Origin: a virus
DNA: 64,000 nucleotides
Strand: one strand, 5' to 3'
Virus record (IMG/VR): IMGVR_UViG_3300027777_000001
Coordinates: 1-64,000 of that record
Numbering within the stretch: the first letter of the stretch is position 1; every line of letters starts with the position of its first letter. Positions 30,009 to 40,034 of this stretch are shown piece by piece. Below the pieces are notes generated by a model. The model did no database searches, was not told the DNA's origin, and saw nothing but the letters and a program-made list of their open reading frames with translations. The translations under genes and the position numbers were made by a program.

Positions 30009-31226
30009 ATGAGAACACTCAACGGCTCCTCAATTAACAGCACGCTTGCGCCTTCATGGGTTAAGCGTGCTTTGGTTGTGGCAGTCGTTGCAGCGGCCTC
30101 AGTTGTATCCACCAATTATGTACGTACAACCTTTGGGAATGTCAGCACTAGTGCTGTAGCTTCCTATGCGATTGTTCATTCCCAGACCCATCAGGCTAGA
30201 GCTTCTGGTACGGCTTCAGCTGGAGTCTCGATTGCTCCCACATTCACAATGGCAGGGCGTGTCTCAGGACAAGCCTCTGCCTATGGTGTAGCACTAGTTC
30301 GACGCAACGTATTTGGTGAGGCAGGTGGTGATGCCAGAGCCTATGGTGAAGCCTTAACAGCTCAAGCCATTGGTAATGTATCTAACCTGACTGCATCTAG
30401 CACGGTTGTCCTAGCCAATGCTCACAGGATTCGTCCTGCGAAGGGAATCAGCTATTCAATTAATAGTTCTATCCAAGCTGTGCCACATATCATAGTGGCT
30501 GCTCGGGTAGGAACCTCTTACGGACTCTCTGCTTACACACGTGCTGAAGCCAGTGTGAAGCGATCAGGCAATACTTACTTTAATCGTGATGGCTTCGTGC
30601 CTCTTGCTAAAGCAGGAGCTACTGGATACACCCTTCAAGATCGAACCAAGATCATTGCTACCTTTGGTGCCTTTGACTTTGCTCAATCAGTCGCATCGAG
30701 TCATGCTTTTGTATATCACCATGGCTTTGCGAATACGCTGTCTACCGCTACTGGAACGATTGCCTTAAGTACTCGCTTAGCCATTGGTCGAGCCAGTGGT
30801 ACGGCTGCTGCCTCAGCTTCTTGTGTGGGAGTAAAGACTCGATACTCAGGTGCAACGTCTAACGCTACCAGCACCGCATACGCTCTTAAGAGCATCGCAC
30901 GTTACTACCCTCGCCTGAGTATGTCTGCAGGAGCTACGGCTACTGTGCAGCCTCTGCGTACAGCGTATGCGTATGTGCCTATTACCCGTGGTGAGGCCAC
31001 ATCAAATACACCAGTCACAGGAAATCAATATCGAGCTACGGTTGCAAGTGCAGCTGCAGTAAGTGTTGTGGCAAAAGCAACAGCGGTACGTCTGGGTCAA
31101 GTTCGAGCAACGGCTATGGTCATTAGCACTGAGATCTTTGCAGTGGCTAACTCGGATTCACTTGCTCCCCCATCACGTTACATGAACGTGCCCTATGCCT
31201 CTCGGAGTATGGCACTCACCAGTTAG
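30009..31226 (+). CDS. Ala/Ser/Thr-rich structural (tail) protein
   Basis: 405 aa with low-complexity degenerate repeats, within the tail module. Confidence 0.55.
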   Translation: MRTLNGSSINSTLAPSWVKRALVVAVVAAASVVSTNYVRTTFGNVSTSAVASYAIVHSQTHQARASGTASAGVSIAPTFTMAGRVSGQASAYGVALVRRNVFGEAGGDARAYGEALTAQAIGNVSNLTASSTVVLANAHRIRPAKGISYSINSSIQAVPHIIVAARVGTSYGLSAYTRAEASVKRSGNTYFNRDGFVPLAKAGATGYTLQDRTKIIATFGAFDFAQSVASSHAFVYHHGFANTLSTATGTIALSTRLAIGRASGTAAASASCVGVKTRYSGATSNATSTAYALKSIARYYPRLSMSAGATATVQPLRTAYAYVPITRGEATSNTPVTGNQYRATVASAAAVSVVAKATAVRLGQVRATAMVISTEIFAVANSDSLAPPSRYMNVPYASRSMALTS

Positions 31227-31245
31227 TTTTTAAAAGGTAAGTGCG

Positions 31246-31524
31246 ATGAGACTAGGAACCTTCCCCAAGCAACCAATCGATGTATTGGATTACGACATAG
31301 ATTATGTCGCATGGTTGACTGTGGGTGACAACGTACAAAGTGCGGTGATCTTAGTTGAGCCAACAGGGTTAGTAGTGGATGCCACATTCATCAATGATCC
31401 AAGGATCAAGATCTGGCTCTCAGGTGGAGCCAACTTAGTTACCTACAAAGTCACTGTAACCATGACCACAGCTGATGGACGGATCAAGCAAGACGAGTTC
31501 CGTGTGAAAGTTAAAGACGTTTAA
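31246..31524 (+). CDS. Tail fibre adaptor protein
   Basis: KQP.D.LDYDIDY..WL, IWLSGG, T.DGR pattern. Confidence 0.65.
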   Translation: MRLGTFPKQPIDVLDYDIDYVAWLTVGDNVQSAVILVEPTGLVVDATFINDPRIKIWLSGGANLVTYKVTVTMTTADGRIKQDEFRVKVKDV

Positions 31525-31535
31525 GGATAAAGGTA

Positions 31536-32585
31536 ATGACTCAACTCTTCACCAATAACGCTACCTCGGCTCTTGCTGCTACAACAACTACGACTGCAAC
31601 AAGCCTAGTTCTTACCACTGGCTCAGGTGTTAAGTTCCCTGTGCTTGCTGGTGCAGACTTCTTCATGCTTACCTTGGTAGGATTGAACGCTGAGTTCAAT
31701 GAATCAAGTTGGGAAGTGGTTAAGGTTACAGGTAGGTCTTCAGATACTCTGACAGTTGTACGAGCCCAAGACAACACTTCTGGTGTAGCTTGGACTTCAG
31801 GTACACGGGTTGAGCTTCGTGATACAGCAAATACTTTATCTGGCTTTGCACAGAACGTAGATAACTTATCTGGCTTAGCCAGTGCAGCCTCAGCAAGGGC
31901 AAATCTTGGTTTAGGTGCAGCTTATGGATATGCTGCTCTAGACTCAGGGAATAAGGTTCCATCAGCGAACCTTCCAAGCTATGTTGATGATGTGCTTGAG
32001 TATGCCAACCTTGCAGCATTCCCTGCGTCAGGTGAGACAGGCAAAATCTACACAGCGTTGGATACCAATAAGATCTATCGTTGGAGTGGATCTGCATACA
32101 TTGTGATCTCAGATTCCCCTGGTTCAACAGACGTTGTTCCTGAGGGCTCGACCAACCTCTACTTCAGTGCTGCGAGAGCATTGGCTGCAACGGTAGCCTC
32201 TTACCTAGGTCTTGCAGGAGGCACCCTTACAGGGGCTCTGATAGGCACAAGCATTACAGCTAAGAAGAATGTGTTGACACCTGTAGCTTTGACAAGCTCA
32301 AGCGGATCCATTGCTGTAGATATGGTGGATAGTAATTTCACCCATACCCTCACAGAAAACACAGTCCTAGCCAACCCAACCAACTTAGTCGCAGGACAAT
32401 CAGGGCGCATCAAGTTTACGAACCATGCCTCTGCACCTAAGACTCTTGCATACGGTTCTTATTGGCTACCTGTAGGCGGAGTCGTGCAAGCCCTGACAGC
32501 CTCTAATAGCGCTGTCGATCTGCTTGTGTATGAAGTGGATTCGTCTACTACGATCACGTTTAAGCTGGTGAAGGATCGCAAATAA
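31536..32585 (+). CDS. Tail fibre protein
   Basis: E.VKVT....LTVVRAQ head, ARANLGL, LPSYVDDVLE..FP.GE.GKIY, EGSTNLYF modules. Confidence 0.75.
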   Translation: MTQLFTNNATSALAATTTTTATSLVLTTGSGVKFPVLAGADFFMLTLVGLNAEFNESSWEVVKVTGRSSDTLTVVRAQDNTSGVAWTSGTRVELRDTANTLSGFAQNVDNLSGLASAASARANLGLGAAYGYAALDSGNKVPSANLPSYVDDVLEYANLAAFPASGETGKIYTALDTNKIYRWSGSAYIVISDSPGSTDVVPEGSTNLYFSAARALAATVASYLGLAGGTLTGALIGTSITAKKNVLTPVALTSSSGSIAVDMVDSNFTHTLTENTVLANPTNLVAGQSGRIKFTNHASAPKTLAYGSYWLPVGGVVQALTASNSAVDLLVYEVDSSTTITFKLVKDRK

Positions 32586-34870
32586 TGACGCATCCTTTAT
32601 TCTTGGCTGATGATGGTGATACAGGGTACAAACTTGCACGCTCGCTTAGGACGAGGGCGAGTGCGTCTGCGTATTTAAATCGGACATTTGGTACGCCAAC
32701 CAATCAAGCAAAATGGACATGGAGTGCTTGGGTCAAACTTGGGCAATTAGGTTCGTCTCAGGTTTTATTAAGTGGTAATACAGGTTCGACAGACACTACT
32801 ACGTTTTATATGGCGTATGGTTCGGGCGGCAATTTATTTTTAAATGGTTCATCAACATCGTTTCGTCAAAGCAGTGCCGTTTACCGCGACCCTTCATCGT
32901 GGTATCACGTTGTTTTAGCTGTTGATACAACGCAAGCTACAGAAGCCAATAAATTATTGTTATGGATTAACGGTGTTGCTCAAACCTATGCTGCAACAAG
33001 TGCAATTACTACTTGCGGTTTAAACGCAAATGGTGCGACTGCAACTATTGGAAAATACTCGGCAGCAAGCAGCTCATACTTTGATGGCTACATCACCGAA
33101 GTCAACTTCATCGACGGTCAAGCCCTAACCCCCTCATCATTCGGCTCAACCAACGCTCTCACAGGCGTATGGCAACCCGCACCCTATACGGGAACGTATG
33201 GAACCAATGGCACCCATCTTGAGTTCAAAGACAATAGCTCGCTGACTACATCATCGAATGTAGGCTTGGGTAAAGACACTAGTGGCAATGGCAATTACTG
33301 GACTACAAATAACATCAGCATCACGGCTGGTGTGACGTATGACTCCATGCTCGATGTGCCTACGCTGACGAGTGCGAGTGCGAGTAATTTTTGTGTATTT
33401 AACCCGCTAGATAAAGGCAGCGCACTTACTGTTTCAAACGGTAATTTGTCTATAACGGGTAGTGCTTCAAACAACAGTATGGGAAAGAGTAGTTTTTGGG
33501 TTACTTCAGGAAAATGGTATTGGGAATCTACTGCTACCGCAGGAAGCCTTGGAGCAGTAGTTGGAATCGGAGGATTAACTTTTTCTCAAATTCCTTGGTC
33601 TGGTGATATGTATGGCTATGATGCAAACGGAAACAAAATTGTTAACGGAACATCATCTGCATACGGATCGACTTACGCAGTCAATGACGTTATTGGGGTA
33701 GCTTTAGATTTAACCGCTGGAACTATTACATTTTATAAAAACAATGTATCGCAAGGTGCTATTACAGGCGTGTCAACTTCTTTACTCTGGACTCCATTTA
33801 ATCATGCAAATAACGGAGTTACGGTTCATTGGAATATGGGTCAACGCCCTTTCACCTACACACCACCGTCAGGCTTCCTATCTTTAAACTCGTTTAATTT
33901 ACCTGATGCTGCCATCGTCAAGGGCAGCGATAGCATGAGCATCGCACTCGCTTCAGGTGCGACTATCAAAGCTACGACTGAAGCCCTGTACACAGGACAG
34001 TTTCTAGAGTGGATTAAAGACAGAGCAAACGCTAATAACCATCAGCTACTAGATGGTGTCAGAGGTTTATCCGCTGTCTTGCAATCCAATACCACGGCTG
34101 CTGAAACAACGTACACAGCACCATCAGGAAGCTCTGTAGGCTTCGCATGGAAAGCAGGGGCATCAGCGGTATCAAACACCAACGGCTCAATCACATCGAC
34201 TGTGAGCGTTAATGCGTCTGCGGGGTTTAGTGTTATAACTTTTAACGGCACAGGCGCAGCAGCTACGGTTGGGCATGGGTTGGGTGTTGCACCTGCGTTC
34301 TACATTGCTAAGTACCGTAGCGGTTCTGCACCAAACATTGCAGGGTGGGCTTGTTACCATAGCGCATTAACATCTGCCGCTTACCGTATTGATTTAAATT
34401 CAACAAGCGGTCAGATTAGCGACACCAACGCTTTTAACAGCACAGCCCCCACATCATCCGTATTAAGTATTGGTACAAACTTGTCGGTTAGCAGTACGCC
34501 AATGGTTGCCTACTGCTGGACACCCATAGCCGGATACTCAGCGTTTGGTAGCTACACGGGTAATGGATCGGCTGACGGTGCTTTTATATATTTAGGATTT
34601 AGACCAAAGTTTGTGATGATTAAGGCAGCAACTGCCGTATCCGGTGGTGATTGGGTGTTAATTGACACTGCTAGAAACCCCAACAACGTAGCTGTTAATT
34701 GGCAATTCCCAAATGCTTCGACAGCCGAATCAAACTATGTGAACGTAGCTGACATACTTTCCAACGGTTTCAAAATTAGAGCTACTTGGGACACAATTAA
34801 CGCACCTGGTGCGACATACATCTACATGGCGTTCGCAGAAAATCCCCTGAAGCACTCCCTCGCACGTTAA
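32585..34870 (+). CDS. Tail fibre/receptor-binding protein with LamG-like and SPRY-like domains
   Basis: WTWSAWVK and RDPSSWYH (LamG-like); SGKWYWE..VIGVALD (SPRY-like); C-terminal YIYMAFAE.P. Confidence 0.75.
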   Translation: MTHPLFLADDGDTGYKLARSLRTRASASAYLNRTFGTPTNQAKWTWSAWVKLGQLGSSQVLLSGNTGSTDTTTFYMAYGSGGNLFLNGSSTSFRQSSAVYRDPSSWYHVVLAVDTTQATEANKLLLWINGVAQTYAATSAITTCGLNANGATATIGKYSAASSSYFDGYITEVNFIDGQALTPSSFGSTNALTGVWQPAPYTGTYGTNGTHLEFKDNSSLTTSSNVGLGKDTSGNGNYWTTNNISITAGVTYDSMLDVPTLTSASASNFCVFNPLDKGSALTVSNGNLSITGSASNNSMGKSSFWVTSGKWYWESTATAGSLGAVVGIGGLTFSQIPWSGDMYGYDANGNKIVNGTSSAYGSTYAVNDVIGVALDLTAGTITFYKNNVSQGAITGVSTSLLWTPFNHANNGVTVHWNMGQRPFTYTPPSGFLSLNSFNLPDAAIVKGSDSMSIALASGATIKATTEALYTGQFLEWIKDRANANNHQLLDGVRGLSAVLQSNTTAAETTYTAPSGSSVGFAWKAGASAVSNTNGSITSTVSVNASAGFSVITFNGTGAAATVGHGLGVAPAFYIAKYRSGSAPNIAGWACYHSALTSAAYRIDLNSTSGQISDTNAFNSTAPTSSVLSIGTNLSVSSTPMVAYCWTPIAGYSAFGSYTGNGSADGAFIYLGFRPKFVMIKAATAVSGGDWVLIDTARNPNNVAVNWQFPNASTAESNYVNVADILSNGFKIRATWDTINAPGATYIYMAFAENPLKHSLAR

Positions 34871-34880
34871 GGAAAAACAA

Positions 34881-35390
34881 ATGTTCGCAATTATTAAAGA
34901 CAACGCTATCGCCCTTTTAGTACCCGCTGGCACAGCCTTCACATGGAACGATATTTCTTATCCTTCAAATTGGCTAAACCTGTCTAGCCCCGAAGAGAAA
35001 GCAAACATCGGCATGGTCGATGTAATCCATGAAGCTCGCCCTGATGATCGCTACTACTGGATCACAGAGGCTTCCCCTGCGCTTGTAGATGGAGTCGTGA
35101 GGATTGGGTACACCTCTTCACCTAAAGAGCTTGTAGGGCTTCAGAAGCAGCTTACAGACGCTATTGATGAGAAGATTTATCTCACCCTTAAAACGAGTGA
35201 CTACATCATGGTTCGTAACTTCCAAGACGCTACCTATAAACCAGAGTGGATTGTGTGGCGTGATTCAGTCTTGAGTACAGGACGCACAGCTAAAGATGAA
35301 ATCGCAGCAGCTACAACAGTAGAAGCGCTGATCGCTGTGGCTTGGGTGATTCCGAATAATCCTGATTATGTAGGGGCAGCTAATGTTTAA
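34881..35390 (+). CDS. Tail fibre assembly-like protein
   Basis: YP.NWL and L..SD..W..WR motifs; directly after the fibre gene. Confidence 0.6.
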   Translation: MFAIIKDNAIALLVPAGTAFTWNDISYPSNWLNLSSPEEKANIGMVDVIHEARPDDRYYWITEASPALVDGVVRIGYTSSPKELVGLQKQLTDAIDEKIYLTLKTSDYIMVRNFQDATYKPEWIVWRDSVLSTGRTAKDEIAAATTVEALIAVAWVIPNNPDYVGAANV

Positions 35391-36003
35391 GTCAACGGTA
35401 CTCTGGTTTGTGAAGTCGGTAGCCTTGATCGTGCTGACTATTCTGGCTTATCCCTTGGCTTATATCTTCGCCCTCTTCATCGTGAAAGAAGAAGAGAGTG
35501 AAGTGACAGGCTTTCCCGCGCTTCATGTTGGTATGCCAAGAGATTTCCTAATCCCTAGCCTTCGTATCTGGCAGACCCCTGACGCACCTGTGGATGAATT
35601 ATGGTACGCACAGGACTATGACGTATGGCCTGTTAAAGGTAAGACTCAGGCTGATTATGATTCATCTGCTTGGCTTCGTTACCTATGCCGTGTGACTTGG
35701 CTACAACGTAATGCAGCCTACGGATTTGGCTCAGCATGGGGTTATGACGTTACTGGAATGGTGCCTGTAACTACTCACGATAATGAAGCCAAGTGGAGAA
35801 CAGGTAATAACTGTTTTAGTTACTGGACGGTTATCAATGCTGCAGGGGACAAAGCATGGTGCATTCGTGCTCAGCTTTATTACTGGAAGCCTCATTGCTT
35901 GGAAATCTATCTTGGTTACAAGATCCAAGGTGACACCATGGGTGGCAAGAAGTTGGTAGCGATTCAGTTCACTCCGTTTCGTTCTTATCCAGTGACAGCT
36001 TAA
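35383..36003 (+). CDS. Hypothetical membrane-anchored protein
   Basis: N-terminal TM segment; WQTPDA..D and WL.RN.AYGF motifs. Confidence 0.6.
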   Translation: MFKSTVLWFVKSVALIVLTILAYPLAYIFALFIVKEEESEVTGFPALHVGMPRDFLIPSLRIWQTPDAPVDELWYAQDYDVWPVKGKTQADYDSSAWLRYLCRVTWLQRNAAYGFGSAWGYDVTGMVPVTTHDNEAKWRTGNNCFSYWTVINAAGDKAWCIRAQLYYWKPHCLEIYLGYKIQGDTMGGKKLVAIQFTPFRSYPVTA

Positions 36004-36016
36004 CTAGGAGATCAAT

Positions 36017-36379
36017 ATGATCGGCAAGCTAATCGGTATCTTGTTTCTAAGTCGTGAGCTTGCTCATCGTATGCATTTGGCTACCAAGTCATATGCTCAG
36101 CATATGGCTTTAGATGGATTCTATAACGCTATCGTAGAGAACGCTGACAGCATCACAGAGGCTTACCAAGGCCGACATGGAATCATTGATAACATTCCCT
36201 TGCTTAAGGATGAAAGCGTTTACAAGGAGCCTTGCGATATGTTACGCAAGCATCTCTCTTGGTTTGAGAAGATTCGTTATGAGGCTGTCGAGAAATCAGA
36301 TAGCCCAATCCAGAACCTAATTGATGAAGCAGTGCACACTTACCTAGTTGCTTTATATAAGTTAGAAAACTTGAAGTAA
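36017..36379 (+). CDS. Ferritin/Dps-like four-helix protein (DUF5856-type)
   Basis: H..HL.T.SYAQH.AL..FY and D...EAYQG motifs. Confidence 0.65.
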   Translation: MIGKLIGILFLSRELAHRMHLATKSYAQHMALDGFYNAIVENADSITEAYQGRHGIIDNIPLLKDESVYKEPCDMLRKHLSWFEKIRYEAVEKSDSPIQNLIDEAVHTYLVALYKLENLK

Positions 36380-36488
36380 TCCGCACTATCCCCAAGACAC
36401 GCTTGACACTTGGGAACCAGTAAAGATATTGCACGGAATCACAGAGATGGTCTGAGGCTTCCCAAGATGCAATTCTTACTGGAACCAT

Positions 36489-36755
36489 ATGAAATTCAAA
36501 ACTCCCCAAATTGTTTTAATTGAGTGGACAGATGCTGCCCATGAATTTGGTTGGATGGAAGGTAACGATGTCAATCCAGTTGATATTGATCTGACTTGTT
36601 TATCTGTAGGTTGGGTCTTGGCTAAGACCCCTAAGTACATTAAGTTATGCCAAACATATTCTGGCGATAACCACGCACAAACAATCGTCATTCCCCGAGC
36701 CATGGTAAAGAACATTACCTCAATGAAAAAAGAGGGAGTTCACCATGTTAAGTAA
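36489..36755 (+). CDS. Hypothetical protein
   Basis: 88 aa; IEW.DA, SVGW, IP..MV pattern. Confidence 0.6.
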   Translation: MKFKTPQIVLIEWTDAAHEFGWMEGNDVNPVDIDLTCLSVGWVLAKTPKYIKLCQTYSGDNHAQTIVIPRAMVKNITSMKKEGVHHVK

Positions 36756-37701
36756 GACTATGAAGTTACCCGTCAGTGATGAGATCTTCCTTGAAGCTTG
36801 GCAACGTCTGGGTAGCTCAGATCTTGTAGCGACTGAGCTAGGGGTAGGAAGACGCTCTGTTCAACGTAGAAAGAAAACCATGGAAGCTATTTATCCAGAG
36901 GCTCCTCGGGTTCAGACCCCTACTGTTCCTCACTTCTATCGTCGTGAGCATAATGCTCGAACAGACTGCACGTTAGAGAATGGAATCATTATTGTAGGAA
37001 GTGATGTTCATAAATGGCCGGGCCCGAATACAGTGGCTCAACAGGCATTCATAAACGTCATTGCTGAGTTACGTCCCCAGATGGTTGTCATCAATGGTGA
37101 TCTCTTTGATGGAGCTGGTGTATCACGCTGGCCTAAGTCTTCATTCGGACACAAGCTTCCAACGGTCAAAGAAGAGCTTGATGCAGTCCACAAGTATCTC
37201 TCTGAGATCGAAGCTGTAGCTCGGGGAGCTAAGCGTTGGTGGACGATAGGCAACCATGATATGCGGTTTGAATCCAGACTGGCTAACTTGGTGCCTGAGT
37301 TTGAGGGAGTCCCTGGATTCTCTTTACAAGAACAGTTCCCTCTCTGGCCTATGTCTATGTCGATGATGGTCAACGACAACGTGATGATCAAGCATCGCTT
37401 CAGGAACGGTCTTCATGCCACCTATAACAACACCTTGGTTTCAGGTAAGAACATCGTCACGGGGCATTTACACCGTCTCCAAGCCACGGTCTTTACGGAC
37501 TATGACGGAAGTAGGTGGGGTATCGATACAGGCACTCTAGGGGACACAGATGGCCCTCAGATGAGCTATGGCGAAGATAATCCTGCCAATCATTGTTCTG
37601 GTTTCGCAGTATTAACAATCGTGAATGGCAAGTTGATCCACCCTGAGTTCTGTGCAGTCCAAGGTGATCGGGCATTCTTCAGGGGCAAGGATGTGACATG
37701 A
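36745..37701 (+). CDS. Calcineurin-like metallophosphoesterase with N-terminal HTH-like segment
   Basis: SDVH, NGDLFD, GNHD, GHLH motifs. Confidence 0.85.
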   Translation: MLSKTMKLPVSDEIFLEAWQRLGSSDLVATELGVGRRSVQRRKKTMEAIYPEAPRVQTPTVPHFYRREHNARTDCTLENGIIIVGSDVHKWPGPNTVAQQAFINVIAELRPQMVVINGDLFDGAGVSRWPKSSFGHKLPTVKEELDAVHKYLSEIEAVARGAKRWWTIGNHDMRFESRLANLVPEFEGVPGFSLQEQFPLWPMSMSMMVNDNVMIKHRFRNGLHATYNNTLVSGKNIVTGHLHRLQATVFTDYDGSRWGIDTGTLGDTDGPQMSYGEDNPANHCSGFAVLTIVNGKLIHPEFCAVQGDRAFFRGKDVT

Positions 37702-38024
37702 ATGATTCCTTTAATTTTCACGAAATAGGAGTCATCAAGATCATCAGCGGAGTGGTTGGCGCTCTTGTGTCTCTACGCTTCGTGCAAGGAACTTGGCTTG
37801 AGAAATCATTTATGGCATTAGGGGGAAGTTGCTTGTCTTACTTTGCAACCAGCCCTGTTGCAGCTTGGTTAGACATCAATAATACCGAGGGTCTGATTGG
37901 ATTCATCATCGGACTCTTTGGTATGTCTATCGTAGCTAAGGGCTATGAATTGATTCAAGTTGTGGATGCAAAGCAAGCCATGGGAATCTTCCTAGACTGG
38001 CTTGCTCGTAAATGGAGAGCGTAA
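37698..38024 (+). CDS. Putative holin
   Basis: 108 aa, three TM segments, basic C-terminus, upstream of spanins and endolysin. Confidence 0.65.
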   Translation: MNDSFNFHEIGVIKIISGVVGALVSLRFVQGTWLEKSFMALGGSCLSYFATSPVAAWLDINNTEGLIGFIIGLFGMSIVAKGYELIQVVDAKQAMGIFLDWLARKWRA

Positions 38025-38290
38025 TGGATGCTGTATTTATTATCGCTTTAATCATCACCTCAGCACTGACCTTTGCAGGTGTGCTAAGTAATTACTTAAA
38101 TGATTCCTTACTTCAAAGGATTGGCTTAAGTCTGATTGGCTTGGCTTCAACAGTAAGACTCTGGGATGTGATCCAAGAAGCTCAAGAGTTTGATCTTGAT
38201 CCAATCTCAGTGACCTTCCTTGTGGGTGTCGCAGTCTACGGACTTAGCACCATGGTTAAGTTAATTCGTAGACGCAGCATTGATGGATGA
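38024..38290 (+). CDS. Membrane protein (holin/antiholin candidate)
   Basis: About three TM segments, basic C-terminus. Confidence 0.55.
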   Translation: MDAVFIIALIITSALTFAGVLSNYLNDSLLQRIGLSLIGLASTVRLWDVIQEAQEFDLDPISVTFLVGVAVYGLSTMVKLIRRRSIDG

Positions 38291-38528
38291 CACAACAGAA
38301 GTGTTGCTTGATCCAGTCATTGAAGTGGATCGTTGGAAGAACAGACGCAAGATGTCTTGGTTAGCCATGATCGCTGGTTTGTTATTCCCGCTTCTCCTGT
38401 TTACTAACTCTCCCCACTTGGGAGTCATTGCAGGGCCCTTCTATGTTTTTGTGGGGCTCGTAGTCACAGCCTACATCGGTGGTGCAGTGATCGATGATAA
38501 ATGGAGTAGAGATAATGTTCGACATTAA
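38283..38528 (+). CDS. Membrane protein (holin-like)
   Basis: W..RR.M.W then two TM segments, Y.GGA..DD. Confidence 0.55.
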   Translation: MDDTTEVLLDPVIEVDRWKNRRKMSWLAMIAGLLFPLLLFTNSPHLGVIAGPFYVFVGLVVTAYIGGAVIDDKWSRDNVRH

Positions 38529-39018
38529 GATTTTTATCATTGGCTGTGGGATTGCCTTTGTTTCCGGCACAACCCTATCTTGGTGGCTGACTGCCGACTA
38601 CAAGAATGCCAAGTTTGCAGAGACGATCTCCACCATTCGACTAGACGCTGCAGAAGCTGTACGTCTAGCAACGAATAAGGCTCGATCTATTGATGCAGAA
38701 AACTCCCGTATCGCAACCGAATTAGAGGTGGCTCATAATGAATTTAGACAGAATCTTGATACCGTTAAAGCTGACAATGCTCGTCTTGTTAGTGAGCTTG
38801 GGGGCTTGTACGACAGTCACGCCGCCGCAAGTAATAGCAACGTGCCCAGTTCCACCACCCCCTCCAGCAGCGCTCCTGTCGCCCCCACCACAGGCAAACT
38901 TTCAAGAGAACTTACGCAGCTACTTCTTTCCGAATCAGCAAGGGCAGACGAAGCTGCAGCCTACGCCCGTACCTGCTACGACTTTTTCCAAGTAAGGAAG
39001 AACAATGTACCTAACTAA
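38515..39018 (+). CDS. Rz: i-spanin
   Basis: N-terminal TM segment, coiled coil, terminal Cys; contains an embedded lipoprotein ORF. Confidence 0.75.
   Translation: MFDIKIFIIGCGIAFVSGTTLSWWLTADYKNAKFAETISTIRLDAAEAVRLATNKARSIDAENSRIATELEVAHNEFRQNLDTVKADNARLVSELGGLYDSHAAASNSNVPSSTTPSSSAPVAPTTGKLSRELTQLLLSESARADEAAAYARTCYDFFQVRKNNVPN
38738..38995 (+). CDS. Rz1: o-spanin lipoprotein embedded in Rz
   Basis: Lipobox LGAC, Pro-rich body, GAGG RBS, alternative frame inside Rz. Confidence 0.75.
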   Translation: MNLDRILIPLKLTMLVLLVSLGACTTVTPPQVIATCPVPPPPPAALLSPPPQANFQENLRSYFFPNQQGQTKLQPTPVPATTFSK

Positions 39019-39622
39019 AGAAATGTTAGTAGCAGCAGATCTATGTAGCACAGCCAATGCAGCCTTGTATGAAGCTCCACTCAATAACGTGTGTACTCGT
39101 TATGAGATCAATACTCCGTTAAGAATGGCAGGGTTCTTGTCTCAAATTGCACATGAATCTGGAGGCTTTACAGCTACGGTAGAAAACCTCTATTACCAAG
39201 CCTCAGCATTGAACCGGAGCTGGCCTCAGTTATTCCCTGGGGATGTGGCTCAACAGTACGCCATGCAGCCTGAGAGGATTGCAAATAGAGCTTACGGGAA
39301 CCGTATGGGTAACGGAGACGAAGCCAGTGGGGAGGGGTGGTTGTACAGAGGTCGGGGTCTTATTCAGCTGACTGGCAAAAATCAGTATCTCAATTTTGCT
39401 ATGTCTGAGGATGTAGATACCTTGGTTCATCCTGAACTAGTCGAGCTTCCAGAGTTGGCTGCAATGTCTGCAGGATGGTTCTGGCACACCAATGACTTGA
39501 ATACTCTGGCTGATTTGGGCTATGTAGAAGCCATGACCAGACGTATTAATGGAGGATTGAATGGGCTGGCTGATCGCCAAGCTAAGTACAACGCAGTCTT
39601 AAAAGTCTTAGCTTGGGAGTAG
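39005..39622 (+). CDS. Endolysin, glycoside hydrolase family 19
   Basis: FLSQIAHESG, ENL.Y, YRGRGLIQLTG, TRRINGG. Confidence 0.92.
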   Translation: MYLTKEMLVAADLCSTANAALYEAPLNNVCTRYEINTPLRMAGFLSQIAHESGGFTATVENLYYQASALNRSWPQLFPGDVAQQYAMQPERIANRAYGNRMGNGDEASGEGWLYRGRGLIQLTGKNQYLNFAMSEDVDTLVHPELVELPELAAMSAGWFWHTNDLNTLADLGYVEAMTRRINGGLNGLADRQAKYNAVLKVLAWE

Positions 39623-39626
39623 AACC

Positions 39627-39908
39627 ATGAAGATCTTGTTTGGATTACTGGTATTGCTTGGTTTAAATGTCTCAGCAGAGACGCTAGATAAGCCCGTACG
39701 GTGTGCATCCCTTGAGACCGTACAAGAGAAGATGAAAGAGTTTGGTGAGAGCGTACTCTGGACATCCCCAAGTGTCCTTGAGGAGTCTGATTACGCTTTC
39801 TACGGTAACCGTGAGACAGGCTCATGGTCACTGGTTCAGATCATTCATGGGATCGGTTGCTTGGTAGCTTTCGGTGAAGCAGGTAAGCAAGTCCGAGCAG
39901 GATCTTGA
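39627..39908 (+). CDS. Secreted hypothetical protein
   Basis: Signal-peptide-like N-terminus, two Cys. Confidence 0.55.
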   Translation: MKILFGLLVLLGLNVSAETLDKPVRCASLETVQEKMKEFGESVLWTSPSVLEESDYAFYGNRETGSWSLVQIIHGIGCLVAFGEAGKQVRAGS

Positions 39909-39913
39909 TTAGT

Positions 39914-39952
39914 CTGTGTGAATTGCGTGTGAATCCTGTGTGAATTCACACA
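39914..39952. repeat. Integrase arm-type repeats, left side of attP
   Basis: Three tandem 11-mers CTGTGTGAATT / GCGTGTGAATC / CTGTGTGAATT plus an inverted copy. Confidence 0.75.
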
Positions 39953-39979
39953 CCGCTTGGTACCGTTTAGTGGGGGTAG

Positions 39980-40019
39980 AAAAGAAAAACCGCTGTGCCT
40001 TCAAGGGGCTACAGCGGTT
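39980..40019 (-). terminator. Intrinsic terminator downstream of the tmRNA-like core
   Basis: Minus strand AACCGCTGT...ACAGCGGTT stem followed by TTTCTTTT. Confidence 0.75.
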
Positions 40020-40034
40020 AAAAGCGGTTTGTAA

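Noticed and set aside
32585-34870. Diversity-generating retroelement target
   Set aside because: No reverse transcriptase or template repeat was seen
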